Shown: in pieces, positions 48,356 through 58,719 of the stretch
Layout of the letters: every line of letters starts with the position of its first letter
Numbering within the stretch: the first letter of the stretch is position 1
Virus record (IMG/VR): IMGVR_UViG_2898099943_000001
Span: 62,001-126,000 of that record
From: an uncultured virus (IMG/VR IMGVR_UViG_2898099943_000001)
Taxonomy: Duplodnaviria > Heunggongvirae > Uroviricota > Caudoviricetes
DNA: 64,000 nucleotides
Strand: one strand, 5' to 3'
Position numbers and translations under genes: made by a program
The notes under the pieces: generated by a model
Seen by the model: the letters and a program-made list of their open reading frames with translations, nothing else
The model's database searches: none
What the model was told of the DNA's origin: nothing

Positions 48356-49600
48356 ATTTCAAGAAGATATAAAAATAGCAAAGGCGAAACAGTTACTGTA
48401 AGTGACGAACATCTCGCTGCTGCGATTAAAATCAAGGAAGAACTACAAAAAGCCAGTCCTGGTAGACGTACAAGTTGGAAAGAACACAAAAAGTTGATGA
48501 TAAAATCAGGATTTTATGATAGCGACTCAAACGAAAGCTATCGCTGTTTAATCAAAGCTGTACAAAAAGAACAAGGTAGTTTACCAAGTGTAGAGAAACA
48601 CGCTGACATGTTGTCTAGCAACAAGTTACAGGGCTTAAAAGAGAAAATAGGCGAACTACATTATGCTAAGTTTGCTGAACAACAAGAACGTAGAGAACTA
48701 AATAAGGTTAAACGTGATATGTCTAAGGGTGCTTTGGTGGCAGATAGTATTAGTAATTTAGTTGCTGATATGAATTTCGCTAAATTACCTAAGAGTAAGA
48801 TTTACAAAAATCAAGTTAAATCACCTAGCTCATTGATTATCTGCTTATCTGATATTCATTATGGGGCTGATTTTTCAATTCCACAAAATGAATACAACCC
48901 AGAAATGTCTGCTAGATTACTAGATGAATACGCTGGGAAATTAATTAGTTTCATTAAAATGCGTAAAGATATTATCCACGTACATGTGGTTAATTTAGGT
49001 GACTCCATTGAACATGCTCAAATGCGTCAACAAAATACATTTGAAGTACGTAAGACTGTATCGGAACAAGTTACAGAAATTGCTAGATTGATTTGGAAAT
49101 TCTTAGCACGATTAAGTGAAGTGGCATATGTAACCTATGAAGGTATTGCTGGTAATCATGACAGATTAAATGGTAACTATAAGAATGCTTTAACTGGTGA
49201 TACAGCCTCTACATTAATTAATCAAATCATTCGTAGCTTAGCAGAAGTTACTGATGGACGTGTTGAATATATCGAGGCTAAAGATTACTACTTTACTGAT
49301 ATTGATTTGATGGGACATAGCTTTGCTTTTGTACATGGGGACAAACATAAGGTGGATAGTAACAACAGTGTGTTATCTAAGTTAGGTGATATTCATAACA
49401 AACATTATGACGCTGTAATTGCTGGACATATCCACCATTACAAGATGACAGAAGTTGGAGAAAATCGTTTCCAAGTTAACTTTGGCTCATTTAAAGGTAT
49501 TGACCCCTATGCAGTACAACAAGGTTTTGCATCCAGTCGGTCGCAAGGCATAATTGTAGTAAATAAAAAAGGCTACGAAATCAGACGTGTAACTCTTTAG
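48356..49600 (+). CDS. Calcineurin-like metallophosphoesterase; probable ATT start
   Basis: SDIHYG, LGDSIE, AGNHD, VHGD, GHIHH; frame open back to 48353. Confidence 0.85.
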   Translation: MSRRYKNSKGETVTVSDEHLAAAIKIKEELQKASPGRRTSWKEHKKLMIKSGFYDSDSNESYRCLIKAVQKEQGSLPSVEKHADMLSSNKLQGLKEKIGELHYAKFAEQQERRELNKVKRDMSKGALVADSISNLVADMNFAKLPKSKIYKNQVKSPSSLIICLSDIHYGADFSIPQNEYNPEMSARLLDEYAGKLISFIKMRKDIIHVHVVNLGDSIEHAQMRQQNTFEVRKTVSEQVTEIARLIWKFLARLSEVAYVTYEGIAGNHDRLNGNYKNALTGDTASTLINQIIRSLAEVTDGRVEYIEAKDYYFTDIDLMGHSFAFVHGDKHKVDSNNSVLSKLGDIHNKHYDAVIAGHIHHYKMTEVGENRFQVNFGSFKGIDPYAVQQGFASSRSQGIIVVNKKGYEIRRVTL

Positions 49601-49611
49601 GTAGGTGGAAT

Positions 49612-50463
49612 ATGGCAAAGAGAGCTAAAACGTGTTTCTACTGTGGTGGAACTTTTGAAGATGAAATGGATGTTGTAGAGTTTAGAGTTCCTTATACAAG
49701 TGGGAAATCAGCTCACAGAAGATTTCATGAGAAGTGTTTGCCAGAATTTAAAAAGGTATTAGAAGAACAGGGTGGGGAAATCGAGTCAGCCTCATATCGT
49801 AAGAAGTTGAATGAGAGAAGAACTGCCCAGAAAAAGCCTAATTGTACGTATTGTGGAAGATTATTCGTTGATACAGACGAGTCATTAGTGTTGTATAACC
49901 AGTTTGGTAATAGTTATGGCAAGTATCACCCTAATTGTTATATCAAGTACATTAACAACATGCAAAATGCAGACTTGAGAAAGCAAGAAAACAAGGAATG
50001 GGAAGAAGTATACGACTACTTTGCTTATGAAATTCTAAATATGCGACCATCGCAAGCAAGAGAGAATAAAGCTATTGTTTACAGGCTCGCAGCGTTACGA
50101 ATTGGTAAGAAAAGACTTAACCGAGGTGACGTTATTATGGGTGTTGAGGCTGGTTATTCTTATAAGACTATCCTTTACACTATGAAATACGTTAAGACAC
50201 AAATCACCGAAGAATTTGCAAGTCGTAGATTTCATGATATGAACCATAAGATTAACTATGCAATGGTTATCATCTGGAACAATATTGATTTCATTAACGG
50301 TAGAGTAAAAGCGATGGAACGTCAAAAGGAATTGACTGAAATTGAAACTAAGAAACGCTTGGCAGAAAAAGAGAGATTGAAAGATATTAAGAAATTACCA
50401 TATCAACGCAAGTCTAAAACAGGTGGTAAAGCTAAATGGCAATGGCTTGAAGATGAGGAATAA
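49612..50463 (+). CDS. Zn-binding hypothetical replication protein
   Basis: Two CxxC...HxxC clusters; upstream of helicase. Confidence 0.6.
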   Translation: MAKRAKTCFYCGGTFEDEMDVVEFRVPYTSGKSAHRRFHEKCLPEFKKVLEEQGGEIESASYRKKLNERRTAQKKPNCTYCGRLFVDTDESLVLYNQFGNSYGKYHPNCYIKYINNMQNADLRKQENKEWEEVYDYFAYEILNMRPSQARENKAIVYRLAALRIGKKRLNRGDVIMGVEAGYSYKTILYTMKYVKTQITEEFASRRFHDMNHKINYAMVIIWNNIDFINGRVKAMERQKELTEIETKKRLAEKERLKDIKKLPYQRKSKTGGKAKWQWLEDEE

Positions 50464-50480
50464 GGAGGGCTATGTTTTAG

Positions 50481-50795
50481 TTGGATAGAACTAGCGAATT
50501 AGAGTATGTAAAGAATGAACTTGAACGTAACAAAATGTTGTTGCTATCAAGTTTTGGATTAGAAGGTATTGTTAAATCAGAAAACAAGGAACGTATTTTC
50601 ATGAAGATTATAGACAATACACATAAATATTTTAATGTTTCTAATGGAGCGGTATTGAATATGCTGTTTAACACTTTGGAAATTATGTATCGAAGTGATA
50701 AAGCACTTAAATCATTATACGACCCAGAAACATTAAGTAAATTTGCAGCCGAAGAAAAAGCATATATAACAAATAATTTGATGAAAGTAGGGTAG
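50481..50795 (+). CDS. Hypothetical protein
   Basis: AAGGAGG RBS. Confidence 0.65.
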   Translation: MDRTSELEYVKNELERNKMLLLSSFGLEGIVKSENKERIFMKIIDNTHKYFNVSNGAVLNMLFNTLEIMYRSDKALKSLYDPETLSKFAAEEKAYITNNLMKVG

Positions 50796-50799
50796 AAAC

Positions 50800-52281
50800 T
50801 TGCCAAAGAAAATAGAAGAGTTGTCAGATTTTGAAAAGAACTTAGTATACGACCAACAGCGTGAAGAAGGTTTGTATGTATTATCCATATACAAAGACAC
50901 AGAATTGTATTATGAATACAAATTAAAACCAGAAATGCTTGTTAGCAAAGGTTGGAAGGTATTCTATAGTATTGCACAAGACTTAATAGATAACAGTGGT
51001 GTGCACAAACTAGACGCTGTTACAGTGGGAACTTATGTATCTGGACAAACTGAAAAGTTTCAAGACCTATACAATTCTTTTGGTGGTTATCAAGAAATCG
51101 CTGATGGTATGGATGTGGTTGAAGAAAGCAATATCGAAACATACTACAACAATATCCAAAAATACCAAGTGTTGAGAATTTTGTACAAGAAAGGTTTCCC
51201 TATCGAAAGTCAATGGAAAAAACTTAAAAGTATGCCTTTAGAAGAACTCAACGACTATTTTACTACTGTAATCAACAATGCTTTTATTGATACAGATAGT
51301 CAAAACGAAAAGGTTGGAGATATTTTTAGAGGCATGGACGAAATGATAGAGTCCGCTAATCTTGGTAAGGAAGCTGGTTTACCACTAAAGTCAAAGCTAA
51401 TGGAAAATATACAACATGGCTTACGTTTGGGTAATATTACTATGCTGGCAGCTCATTCTGGTGTTGGTAAAAGTTTCTTAACAACCTTAATTCATGTTCA
51501 ATCATGTATTGAGAATAAAGAGTCTGTATTAATTATTGCTAACGAAGAAGATAGAAGTAAATGGCAACAGGAATTGTTGGTTAGATTTATTAATACAAAA
51601 CATAAGAATGCTTATTTCAATAAGAACCGTTTCTTTGATGGCAATTTTTCAGATAAGGAAATGGAGTATCTAAAAGAAGCAAGTAATTGGTACAAAGCCA
51701 ACATTGAAGAAAACACTATACGATTTGTAAGTATGGAAAGTTTTAGTATGGCTAAGACAATCAGATTGATTAAGAAGTATGCAACAATGTATGATGTTAA
51801 GTATTTCGTATTAGATACGTTAAAGTTAGATAATGACACAGGCTCACATGTTAGTGATAAAAGTTGGTTAGTTATGCAACAAAACATGGTTAGATTGTAT
51901 AACGTTATCAAGGAATCCAGCTTGAATGTTCATGTCTGGGTTACAGCTCAATTATCTAAAGGTGGACGCAATTCAAGATATTTAGACCAATCACAATTAG
52001 GTGTTTCTAAAAATATCATTGACGTTGCCTCATCTGTTATGTTAGTTCGTGATGTAACTCAAAGTGAAAAAGACCCAAAGGCTAAGGCTTCTGAAAGATT
52101 AACGGTGCATAATGCAGCTGGATATGAAGTTGAATTACAACCAGAAGATGATTATGTGATTGTATTCTGGGACAAGAACCGTCAAGGGACAACTAATGAA
52201 CAAGTTGTATTAAAGGTAAATCGAGGTTTAAATACCTTTACAGATGTAGGAACTTGTCGTTTAGATAGAGCATTGGTATAG
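50800..52281 (+). CDS. DnaB-like replicative helicase
   Basis: AAHSGVGKS, IIANEE, FVLDTLK, TAQLS, DKNRQG. Confidence 0.88.
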   Translation: MPKKIEELSDFEKNLVYDQQREEGLYVLSIYKDTELYYEYKLKPEMLVSKGWKVFYSIAQDLIDNSGVHKLDAVTVGTYVSGQTEKFQDLYNSFGGYQEIADGMDVVEESNIETYYNNIQKYQVLRILYKKGFPIESQWKKLKSMPLEELNDYFTTVINNAFIDTDSQNEKVGDIFRGMDEMIESANLGKEAGLPLKSKLMENIQHGLRLGNITMLAAHSGVGKSFLTTLIHVQSCIENKESVLIIANEEDRSKWQQELLVRFINTKHKNAYFNKNRFFDGNFSDKEMEYLKEASNWYKANIEENTIRFVSMESFSMAKTIRLIKKYATMYDVKYFVLDTLKLDNDTGSHVSDKSWLVMQQNMVRLYNVIKESSLNVHVWVTAQLSKGGRNSRYLDQSQLGVSKNIIDVASSVMLVRDVTQSEKDPKAKASERLTVHNAAGYEVELQPEDDYVIVFWDKNRQGTTNEQVVLKVNRGLNTFTDVGTCRLDRALV

Positions 52282-52287
52282 GAAAAT

Positions 52288-52397
52288 TAGCACTCAAAAA
52301 CGAGTGCTTTTTTCATGTTTAATTATTGACTTAATATGTATATATGTTATAATGTAATAGTTAAGTTAAGAGTTTAAAGAATAAACAAATAACTTAC
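52288..52397 (+). promoter_or_regulatory. Terminator followed by promoter and conserved leader
   Basis: AGCACTC/GAGTGCT plus T-run; TTGACT-16-TATAAT; TTAAGAGTTTAAAGAATAAAC. Confidence 0.7.
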
Positions 52398-52415
52398 AAG
52401 CACGAAATAAGGAAG

Positions 52416-52919
52416 GTGAAAATTCTGCTTAGTAACTCTTTCTACGAGCATTTAAAAAACGCAGAGTATAAGAACGGTTTAGATGTTGAATGGACATTAG
52501 ATGATAATGACCCAGACCTAGTATGGTGCAGAGAATATCTAAGCAATCGTTATTTCTATCAAAGATATTACGCATTTGCAAATATGGTGATGGAGAACTT
52601 AACTCTACGAACAAAACCAACTCTCAAGCAAGTCCTTTCTAAATTTGCTGGTAAAAAGACGGATGAGCCATTCATAAAGAAGTTGAAAACAGATAAACAC
52701 TTCAAAGAATATGTAAGTCTTGTCAAAAAACACCAAAATCATTATGTATTATCTAGTTCGCTCGGCATAGATGATACTACTATCTTTTCTAGTAAGGCAA
52801 AAGCCCTTAAATATATCCGTACAAATAATTTACAAGGCTATATTCCTTACCCCTACAACAAGTTACTTTGCAAGAAATACTTGAGAGGGAGGAGGGACAT
52901 TGATGGAAATTGTAACTGA
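52416..52919 (+). CDS. Hypothetical protein
   Basis: 167-aa ORF. Confidence 0.6.
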   Translation: MKILLSNSFYEHLKNAEYKNGLDVEWTLDDNDPDLVWCREYLSNRYFYQRYYAFANMVMENLTLRTKPTLKQVLSKFAGKKTDEPFIKKLKTDKHFKEYVSLVKKHQNHYVLSSSLGIDDTTIFSSKAKALKYIRTNNLQGYIPYPYNKLLCKKYLRGRRDIDGNCN

Positions 52920-53205
52920 TGAAGGTCGTGGAACTTTCAAGTTAAGACGTGATTTTAACATGGCAAAGTTCAAGTCGATTATTCATTATGAAATGTTCAC
53001 AACTCTTGACCTTAAAGAGTATCACCGTTCTAAAGGTGCTATATCAGCTGTTTTAAGTAAAGATGATGTGGACAGGGCTATTGAGTCTGGTAGACCAATT
53101 TTGGTTTATCATGAAACAAGTAATCATGTAGCAGATATGCTAGATTATTACAATGTTGATGACGCTCAAGCATTGAAAATAGTAAAGGCTGTGAAAAGCT
53201 CATGA
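52903..53205 (+). CDS. Hypothetical protein
   Basis: GGAGG RBS. Confidence 0.68.
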   Translation: MEIVTDEGRGTFKLRRDFNMAKFKSIIHYEMFTTLDLKEYHRSKGAISAVLSKDDVDRAIESGRPILVYHETSNHVADMLDYYNVDDAQALKIVKAVKSS

Positions 53206-55523
53206 GAGATGGAATTAAATTTGTAGGAACGCTTAATAACTATATTTTTTCTTCCAAAACAAGTGATTTTAAAATTGCTAGTATTAACGTTCTTGATGAG
53301 CTAGAAGGCTTATTCAGATACAACAATTATGGCAATATCACACTTAAAGGTGGTATGGAGCTACTACCAAAAACAGAGTATGAAATTGTTGCCTCATACA
53401 TTGTTGATAAGAAATATGGTGAGCAATATAATATCGAATCATACAAGCGTACACGTGCTATTGAAGATATGAGTGCAGAAGACTTTAACGAGTTTATGGC
53501 TAGTCTAGGTAATAGTGCTGATAAGGTCGCTGAACACTTTGGTGAAAAGACTAAAGATATTATGAATAAAGCTCTCGAACAAAACGATACCAGTGAACTT
53601 GAAAAGGTAAACGGTATTGGTAAGGTTAAGGCTTCAAAGATATTAGATAAGTATGGCAGCCAACGTGATTATAGTATGGCTATTGCAGTATTTGGTAAGT
53701 GGGGCTTTACTCATTCTAAGATTAAAACTATCGTTAACAAATATCGCAATCAAGATTTGGCTATTAAAAAGCTAAATGAAAATCCATATAATCTATATCT
53801 TGACCGTATTCCTGGCATAGGGTTCAAAACTATTGATAACAAAGCGTTAGAAAATGGTGTTGCCCCTAATGACAGAAGACGTGTTGAGGCTTATATCTAT
53901 AATTTCTTTGATGATTTAAGCATGTCTGGTGACTCATATATTCCTATTGAAAAGCTACGTAATCATCTACGTACCGAAGTCTACAATGTTGATTTAGATA
54001 GTGCTACTAACTTTATCTTAGGCAATGAAGACTTTAAGATATTCAAAAAAGATGGTGTTAATTGCGTAGCTTTAAGGGAAACATATGAACTTGAGAAGAA
54101 AACAGCTTATGAACTATTAAGGGTTCAAAATGCTTGGGATAACAAAAAGAGTATTGATGATATTGATACCTACATATCAGAAGTCGAAGAAGAACAAGGC
54201 TGGAAGTATGGGAAGCAACAATTAGAAGCTATCCATACCATCGCCACAAATAACGTCTTCTTATTACAAGGTTATTCTGGTACAGGTAAATCATCTTTGC
54301 TTAAAGCAGTGGTAAGAGCTATGCAAGCTAATGACTTTACAATAGCTCAATGTGCTTTATCTGGTAAGGCAGCGGACAACTTAACCAAAGTTACAGGGTT
54401 GCAAGGTATGACTATTCATAGATTATTGCAATACAACCCTAGTTCAGATTCCATGTTTAATTATTGGAAGAAGAACCCATTGCCTTATGATGTAATTATT
54501 TTAGATGAAGTTTCAATGGTTAATTTAGACCTGTTTTATAGTTTGGTTAGTGCAATCAAAGATGGGGCTAAGTTAATCATGGTAGGTGACTCGGGTCAGC
54601 TTGACTCAATCGGTATCGGTGTTATGTCTGGCATTTTAGACTCGCAAGTTATTCCTACAATCACCTTAACTGAAATTCATAGACAAGCAGAAGAAAGTGC
54701 CATTATATCTCATTCTATTACGTATCGTAAAGGTGTTATGCCAAAGGAAGTAAACAAAGAAGGCTTATTCCTATGCGGCACTAAAAAGGACTTAGTATAT
54801 AAGTTACTTGAGAATGAGAAGGAACATGATAATCAAGGTAGAGTGGTAGATAATCTAATTCCTAACGCTTTAGTCTTTTTCAAGAAAGCCTTGAGCAAGT
54901 ATAACGTGAAGGATATTCAGATTATCACACAAACTACAAAGAATTGTAATGCGTTAAATGCCCTTTGCCAACAGATTGCCAACCCTAAGAATAGGGAAAA
55001 GGAAGAGTATGTCGTTTCATTCCAAAACAAAGATGATGATTATGTTTTACGTGTAGGTGATAAGGTTATCAATACAGTAAACAATAGACGTACTGTTTCT
55101 GCTGAAAAAGGTAATACTATTACTCCTATCTATAATGGTAACACTGGGATAATTGAGTCTATTACAAAACAAGTTGACGAAGATGGCGATGAATATATCG
55201 AGTCTGTAATCAACTTTGACGGTATTGGTAGAGTTCTTTTAACCAGTGGTGATTTGAGAAGTATCAGACTTGGATATGCTATTACAGTACATAAATCACA
55301 GGGTTCTACTATTCCATGTGTAATTGTGGTATTGCCATTCCAATTCATGTTGAACAGTCGTGAGTTGGTTTATACAGCTATTACACGTACAAGTGAATTA
55401 TGTTTTGTAATATCTAGTTATGCTACTTTGGCTAAGGCTATTAAGAAGTCCACAAACAAGGTGCATAAGACAAATCTATCTGCATTCATGTCTTTGGAAG
55501 CCAGAAAGAGAGGTGAAATTTAG
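53202..55523 (+). CDS. recD2: RecD2-like SF1B helicase
   Basis: HhH motifs GIGKVKA and PGIGFKTID; GYSGTGKS; ILDEVSMV; VGDSGQL; YAITVHKSQGS. Confidence 0.92.
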   Translation: MRDGIKFVGTLNNYIFSSKTSDFKIASINVLDELEGLFRYNNYGNITLKGGMELLPKTEYEIVASYIVDKKYGEQYNIESYKRTRAIEDMSAEDFNEFMASLGNSADKVAEHFGEKTKDIMNKALEQNDTSELEKVNGIGKVKASKILDKYGSQRDYSMAIAVFGKWGFTHSKIKTIVNKYRNQDLAIKKLNENPYNLYLDRIPGIGFKTIDNKALENGVAPNDRRRVEAYIYNFFDDLSMSGDSYIPIEKLRNHLRTEVYNVDLDSATNFILGNEDFKIFKKDGVNCVALRETYELEKKTAYELLRVQNAWDNKKSIDDIDTYISEVEEEQGWKYGKQQLEAIHTIATNNVFLLQGYSGTGKSSLLKAVVRAMQANDFTIAQCALSGKAADNLTKVTGLQGMTIHRLLQYNPSSDSMFNYWKKNPLPYDVIILDEVSMVNLDLFYSLVSAIKDGAKLIMVGDSGQLDSIGIGVMSGILDSQVIPTITLTEIHRQAEESAIISHSITYRKGVMPKEVNKEGLFLCGTKKDLVYKLLENEKEHDNQGRVVDNLIPNALVFFKKALSKYNVKDIQIITQTTKNCNALNALCQQIANPKNREKEEYVVSFQNKDDDYVLRVGDKVINTVNNRRTVSAEKGNTITPIYNGNTGIIESITKQVDEDGDEYIESVINFDGIGRVLLTSGDLRSIRLGYAITVHKSQGSTIPCVIVVLPFQFMLNSRELVYTAITRTSELCFVISSYATLAKAIKKSTNKVHKTNLSAFMSLEARKRGEI

Positions 55524-55906
55524 TGACAAAACCATATCGTTGGTATAAAGGTGAACCTGTTATCATGAAGCGTGTTTACTACATAGGCAATCAAATGTTT
55601 ACTAGGTTGGAACACTTCTATACTAAGGAAGTAATTCCAGCAGTTGATGTTCATGATGTTAAAGATACTCGTGAAGAAAGCCTAGAAATTGCTAGTGATT
55701 TACAGGAAGAACCAAAGCAAGAAGAACAAACACAAGTCAATAAGATTAAATTTACTGACGCAGATGGTAATGAAAATGTGTTTGAAGAAAACAGCGAAGA
55801 ATACCAAAAGTTTGTTGATAACAACAAGCTAAAAGATGAGTTTATTGGACGTGTCTTAGATGGCAAAATCAATAAACATAAAGGTTTTAATATCGAACGT
55901 GTATAG
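55523..55906 (+). CDS. Hypothetical protein
   Basis: GAGGTG RBS; coupled. Confidence 0.65.
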   Translation: MTKPYRWYKGEPVIMKRVYYIGNQMFTRLEHFYTKEVIPAVDVHDVKDTREESLEIASDLQEEPKQEEQTQVNKIKFTDADGNENVFEENSEEYQKFVDNNKLKDEFIGRVLDGKINKHKGFNIERV

Positions 55907-55939
55907 CCTTAACATTCGGGAAGTGTGCAAGGGTATGTA

Positions 55940-56086
55940 ATGTTTGATGATTATGAAACTTCTGAATTATTAGATATACTCAATTACATTTTACGTTCTG
56001 GAAGATGGAAAGAGTTGGAGTATGTCTATTCAGAGTTAGTTTTAGAACTACGAAAGCGTAGTGAATTGATGGGTATGATTTATTAA
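55940..56086 (+). CDS. Small hypothetical protein (48 aa)
   Basis: MFDDYETSELLDILNYILRSGRW...; weak RBS. Confidence 0.45.
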   Translation: MFDDYETSELLDILNYILRSGRWKELEYVYSELVLELRKRSELMGMIY

Positions 56087-56089
56087 GGC

Positions 56090-56259
56090 ATAAAAAATAG
56101 GATAGCCTTATCAGAATCAGCTATCCTAGAACCTCGTGAGTGTACCGACCTTTTTTAATTCCGAATATTAGGTTTACAGGATGGAAGTAAGAAAGGTGTT
56201 TTTGACATTTTTCGTTTCAGTTTCAGTATGTTAAAACAATTAGAGGTACACTCGGTTCA
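56090..56259 (-). ncRNA. Candidate ~170-nt stand-alone sRNA
   Basis: TAGAAA-17-TATAAT promoter; GAGTGTACC/GGTACACTC closing stem; terminator AGGATAGC/GCTATCCT plus T-run. Confidence 0.6.
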
Positions 56260-56375
56260 TACCTATTATACCTTAAATTCATTACGTTTTCTATAACAAA
56301 TTAAGAAGCGATGTTAATCGTGGATAAGCAAGTCGTAAGACTGAAAGCTAAAGAGAAGAAAGAGGTTGAATTATT

Positions 56376-57143
56376 TTGGAAAACAATACAATAGATAAGT
56401 TTGATAACACAGGTGCATGGTATAACGTGTTGAAACCAACATGGTATGTAGAACAAATGAAAGGCTGGTCTTTTCCTAGCTACATGCTGTTGATGTTTGG
56501 TTTGGGTGCAATTATTGGTATGACAGCTGCTAGTGGTATCAATGGTATCTCAATTTTAACTTTGTTGGCTGGTACATTAGGTTTCACATGTACTATTTCT
56601 ATCACAAACGCTAAACCATTAAACGGTATTTTTGGTTTGGTTAGTGCTTTGATTTACATTACAGTAGCTATTCATGCTAAGAACTTCAATGATGTTTTAT
56701 TGCAAACTGTTTATATCCTGTTATTAGACTTACCAGTATTGCTTATGCCATCTTGGGCAAAGAACGTTGAAGAAAAGGTACGTTTCTTACATGAAGGTGG
56801 TAAAGGTAAGCGTAATTGGTTATTAACATTAGTATTCTTTGTAGTAGTTGCTTTGGTGTTGTACTACTCAGATACACATTGGTTCATTAGCCCACGTCCA
56901 GTTGTAGATAGTGTGGCAGCAGCTATTGGTATTACAGGTGCTATGTTAACTACATTACGTTTCTCAGAAAGTTATTATTTCTGGATTGCACAAGGTCTTT
57001 CTTCTGTTGTTTTATGGGGAATTACCGCAGCAAGTGGAGCAGTTAACTGGGTATTATTCGTAACATACCTATTGTACTTATCTAATGACGCAGTTGCATT
57101 ATTCGATAAGAAGATTAGCTGGTTTCACCATACTAATAAATAA
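56376..57143 (+). CDS. pnuC: PnuC-family (nicotinamide riboside/nucleoside) transporter
   Basis: About 7-8 TM helices; DS...IGITG.ML...RFSESY.FW motif. Confidence 0.8.
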   Translation: MENNTIDKFDNTGAWYNVLKPTWYVEQMKGWSFPSYMLLMFGLGAIIGMTAASGINGISILTLLAGTLGFTCTISITNAKPLNGIFGLVSALIYITVAIHAKNFNDVLLQTVYILLLDLPVLLMPSWAKNVEEKVRFLHEGGKGKRNWLLTLVFFVVVALVLYYSDTHWFISPRPVVDSVAAAIGITGAMLTTLRFSESYYFWIAQGLSSVVLWGITAASGAVNWVLFVTYLLYLSNDAVALFDKKISWFHHTNK

Positions 57144-57243
57144 GACTCCTATTTGCTAAAAGAATAATGGTTGTTGTAGACTGGTTTTCCAGTCTTTTAG
57201 AAGCAGTGGACATGAGCTACTGTTTCTAAAAGGAGGGAAAATA

Positions 57244-57423
57244 ATGAAAGTGTTGAAAGTGTTTGTAGGAACTTGTGCACTCACATTAGCTTTGCTTTTC
57301 TTTTACATATCAAGTAGAGCATTCATGGTAGGCATGTTTGTGATTAGTTTCATGTCTGCGTTAATCGTAATAGGTATGGGTCATCTATCATATTCAATGT
57401 TAGTAGATTTGTTTGAAGATTAA
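57244..57423 (+). CDS. Small membrane protein
   Basis: AGGAGG RBS; two hydrophobic segments. Confidence 0.6.
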   Translation: MKVLKVFVGTCALTLALLFFYISSRAFMVGMFVISFMSALIVIGMGHLSYSMLVDLFED

Positions 57424-57649
57424 GGATGTGATAACTATAGCAAGGAAGATAATTGACGGAATGCTATTAGGACTATTAACGGTTGCGTATTTAGTTCTAA
57501 TAGCTTGTGTAATATATTTCTTTCCACATATAATCCATGTATATTTTGGATTGGGTTGGTTAATACTATATTGGCTATTCTTTGGCATACAAACTACGAT
57601 TGGTTTAGTTGTAGTGCTGTTGATTATAATAGGTAGCTTAGGTGATTAA
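57413..57649 (+). CDS. Small membrane protein
   Basis: Hydrophobic ORF. Confidence 0.6.
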   Translation: MKIKDVITIARKIIDGMLLGLLTVAYLVLIACVIYFFPHIIHVYFGLGWLILYWLFFGIQTTIGLVVVLLIIIGSLGD

Positions 57650-57708
57650 TCCAATGCGACTATAATAGATTGAAACAAATAAATATGTTATCAGAGGAGA
57701 TGTAGGAT

Positions 57709-58110
57709 ATGACATTACAGTTAGGCAATTTTGATAGTCTGACGCTAGATACCAAGTATGAGTATAAATATTGTATGCTTGTCTATATCAAAAGTAAATT
57801 GTATGATACACACGTTGTTCAGTTCACATACTTCGATAGTTTGTTTGGATTAGAAAAAGGGTATAAAACACTTGTTGACACATTAGAAGGGCATACTAGA
57901 TGGGTTAATACAGACGGTGGTGCGTTTCGTGTAAAAGATATTGAATGTGTTGCACCAATAGTTGGCTATAACGTCCCAGATGGAGAAGTTGATGAAGGGA
58001 CTTACAAAGGCTGTTTGGATTTTGACACAACTAAAGGGGACACTTTTGACGGTTGGTACAATCATGTTAAACACGTTCCTATTGATTTGATACGTGCTAG
58101 TGAAAGATGA
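57709..58110 (+). CDS. Hypothetical protein
   Basis: GAGGAG RBS. Confidence 0.68.
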   Translation: MTLQLGNFDSLTLDTKYEYKYCMLVYIKSKLYDTHVVQFTYFDSLFGLEKGYKTLVDTLEGHTRWVNTDGGAFRVKDIECVAPIVGYNVPDGEVDEGTYKGCLDFDTTKGDTFDGWYNHVKHVPIDLIRASER

Positions 58111-58148
58111 GTGCGTGAATAAAATGGATATTTTATAAGGAGATTTTT

Positions 58149-58415
58149 ATGGAAATAATAGACAATCGTAACGTAATTGTTGATGAAAACATTAAAATCG
58201 GCGATGTTTTAGAAGTGATTAACCCAGAAGACCATCGCCACGAATACTGGATTGTTGGTTATAACGGAGAGTTTGTTGCAGAAGGTGAATACTCACTTGT
58301 TAACTTAGAAACTGGGGTAGCTTTATTATCCAAAGACCTTAACTCAGCACTTAAATGCTATTGTTTAGGCTGCGACATTAGAGTAGTAGATACTGAATTG
58401 TTTATTCATGATTAG
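58149..58415 (+). CDS. Small beta-rich paralogue 1 of 5
   Basis: GDVLEV..EYWIV..YSLVNLETG. Confidence 0.7.
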   Translation: MEIIDNRNVIVDENIKIGDVLEVINPEDHRHEYWIVGYNGEFVAEGEYSLVNLETGVALLSKDLNSALKCYCLGCDIRVVDTELFIHD

Positions 58416-58427
58416 GAGGAATTACAT

Positions 58428-58712
58428 ATGGAAATTGTAAAAGGTTTAAGTCGCAACAAGATTGTTGGGGCTGGTGACGTAATCAAAATCTTGTTTTCCG
58501 ACACCGAAAACGAAGAGGCTTTGTTTATTAAAATAGAAGAATGCTATGTCATAGTAGTACATGACCATGGTGTAGGCGAGTACCATCTAGTTAATTTAGA
58601 GTCTGGTAGTATCGTGTTTTCAATAGATTTTGAAAGAGATATTTGTGATGAATTAAACGCTCGTGTTGATGACTGGGAAGTTGTAGACGCTAAGTTAAGC
58701 GTATCTAAGTAG
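58428..58712 (+). CDS. Small beta-rich paralogue 2 of 5
   Basis: GDVIKI..ECYVIV..YHLVNLESG. Confidence 0.7.
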   Translation: MEIVKGLSRNKIVGAGDVIKILFSDTENEEALFIKIEECYVIVVHDHGVGEYHLVNLESGSIVFSIDFERDICDELNARVDDWEVVDAKLSVSK

Positions 58713-58719
58713 AGGTGTT

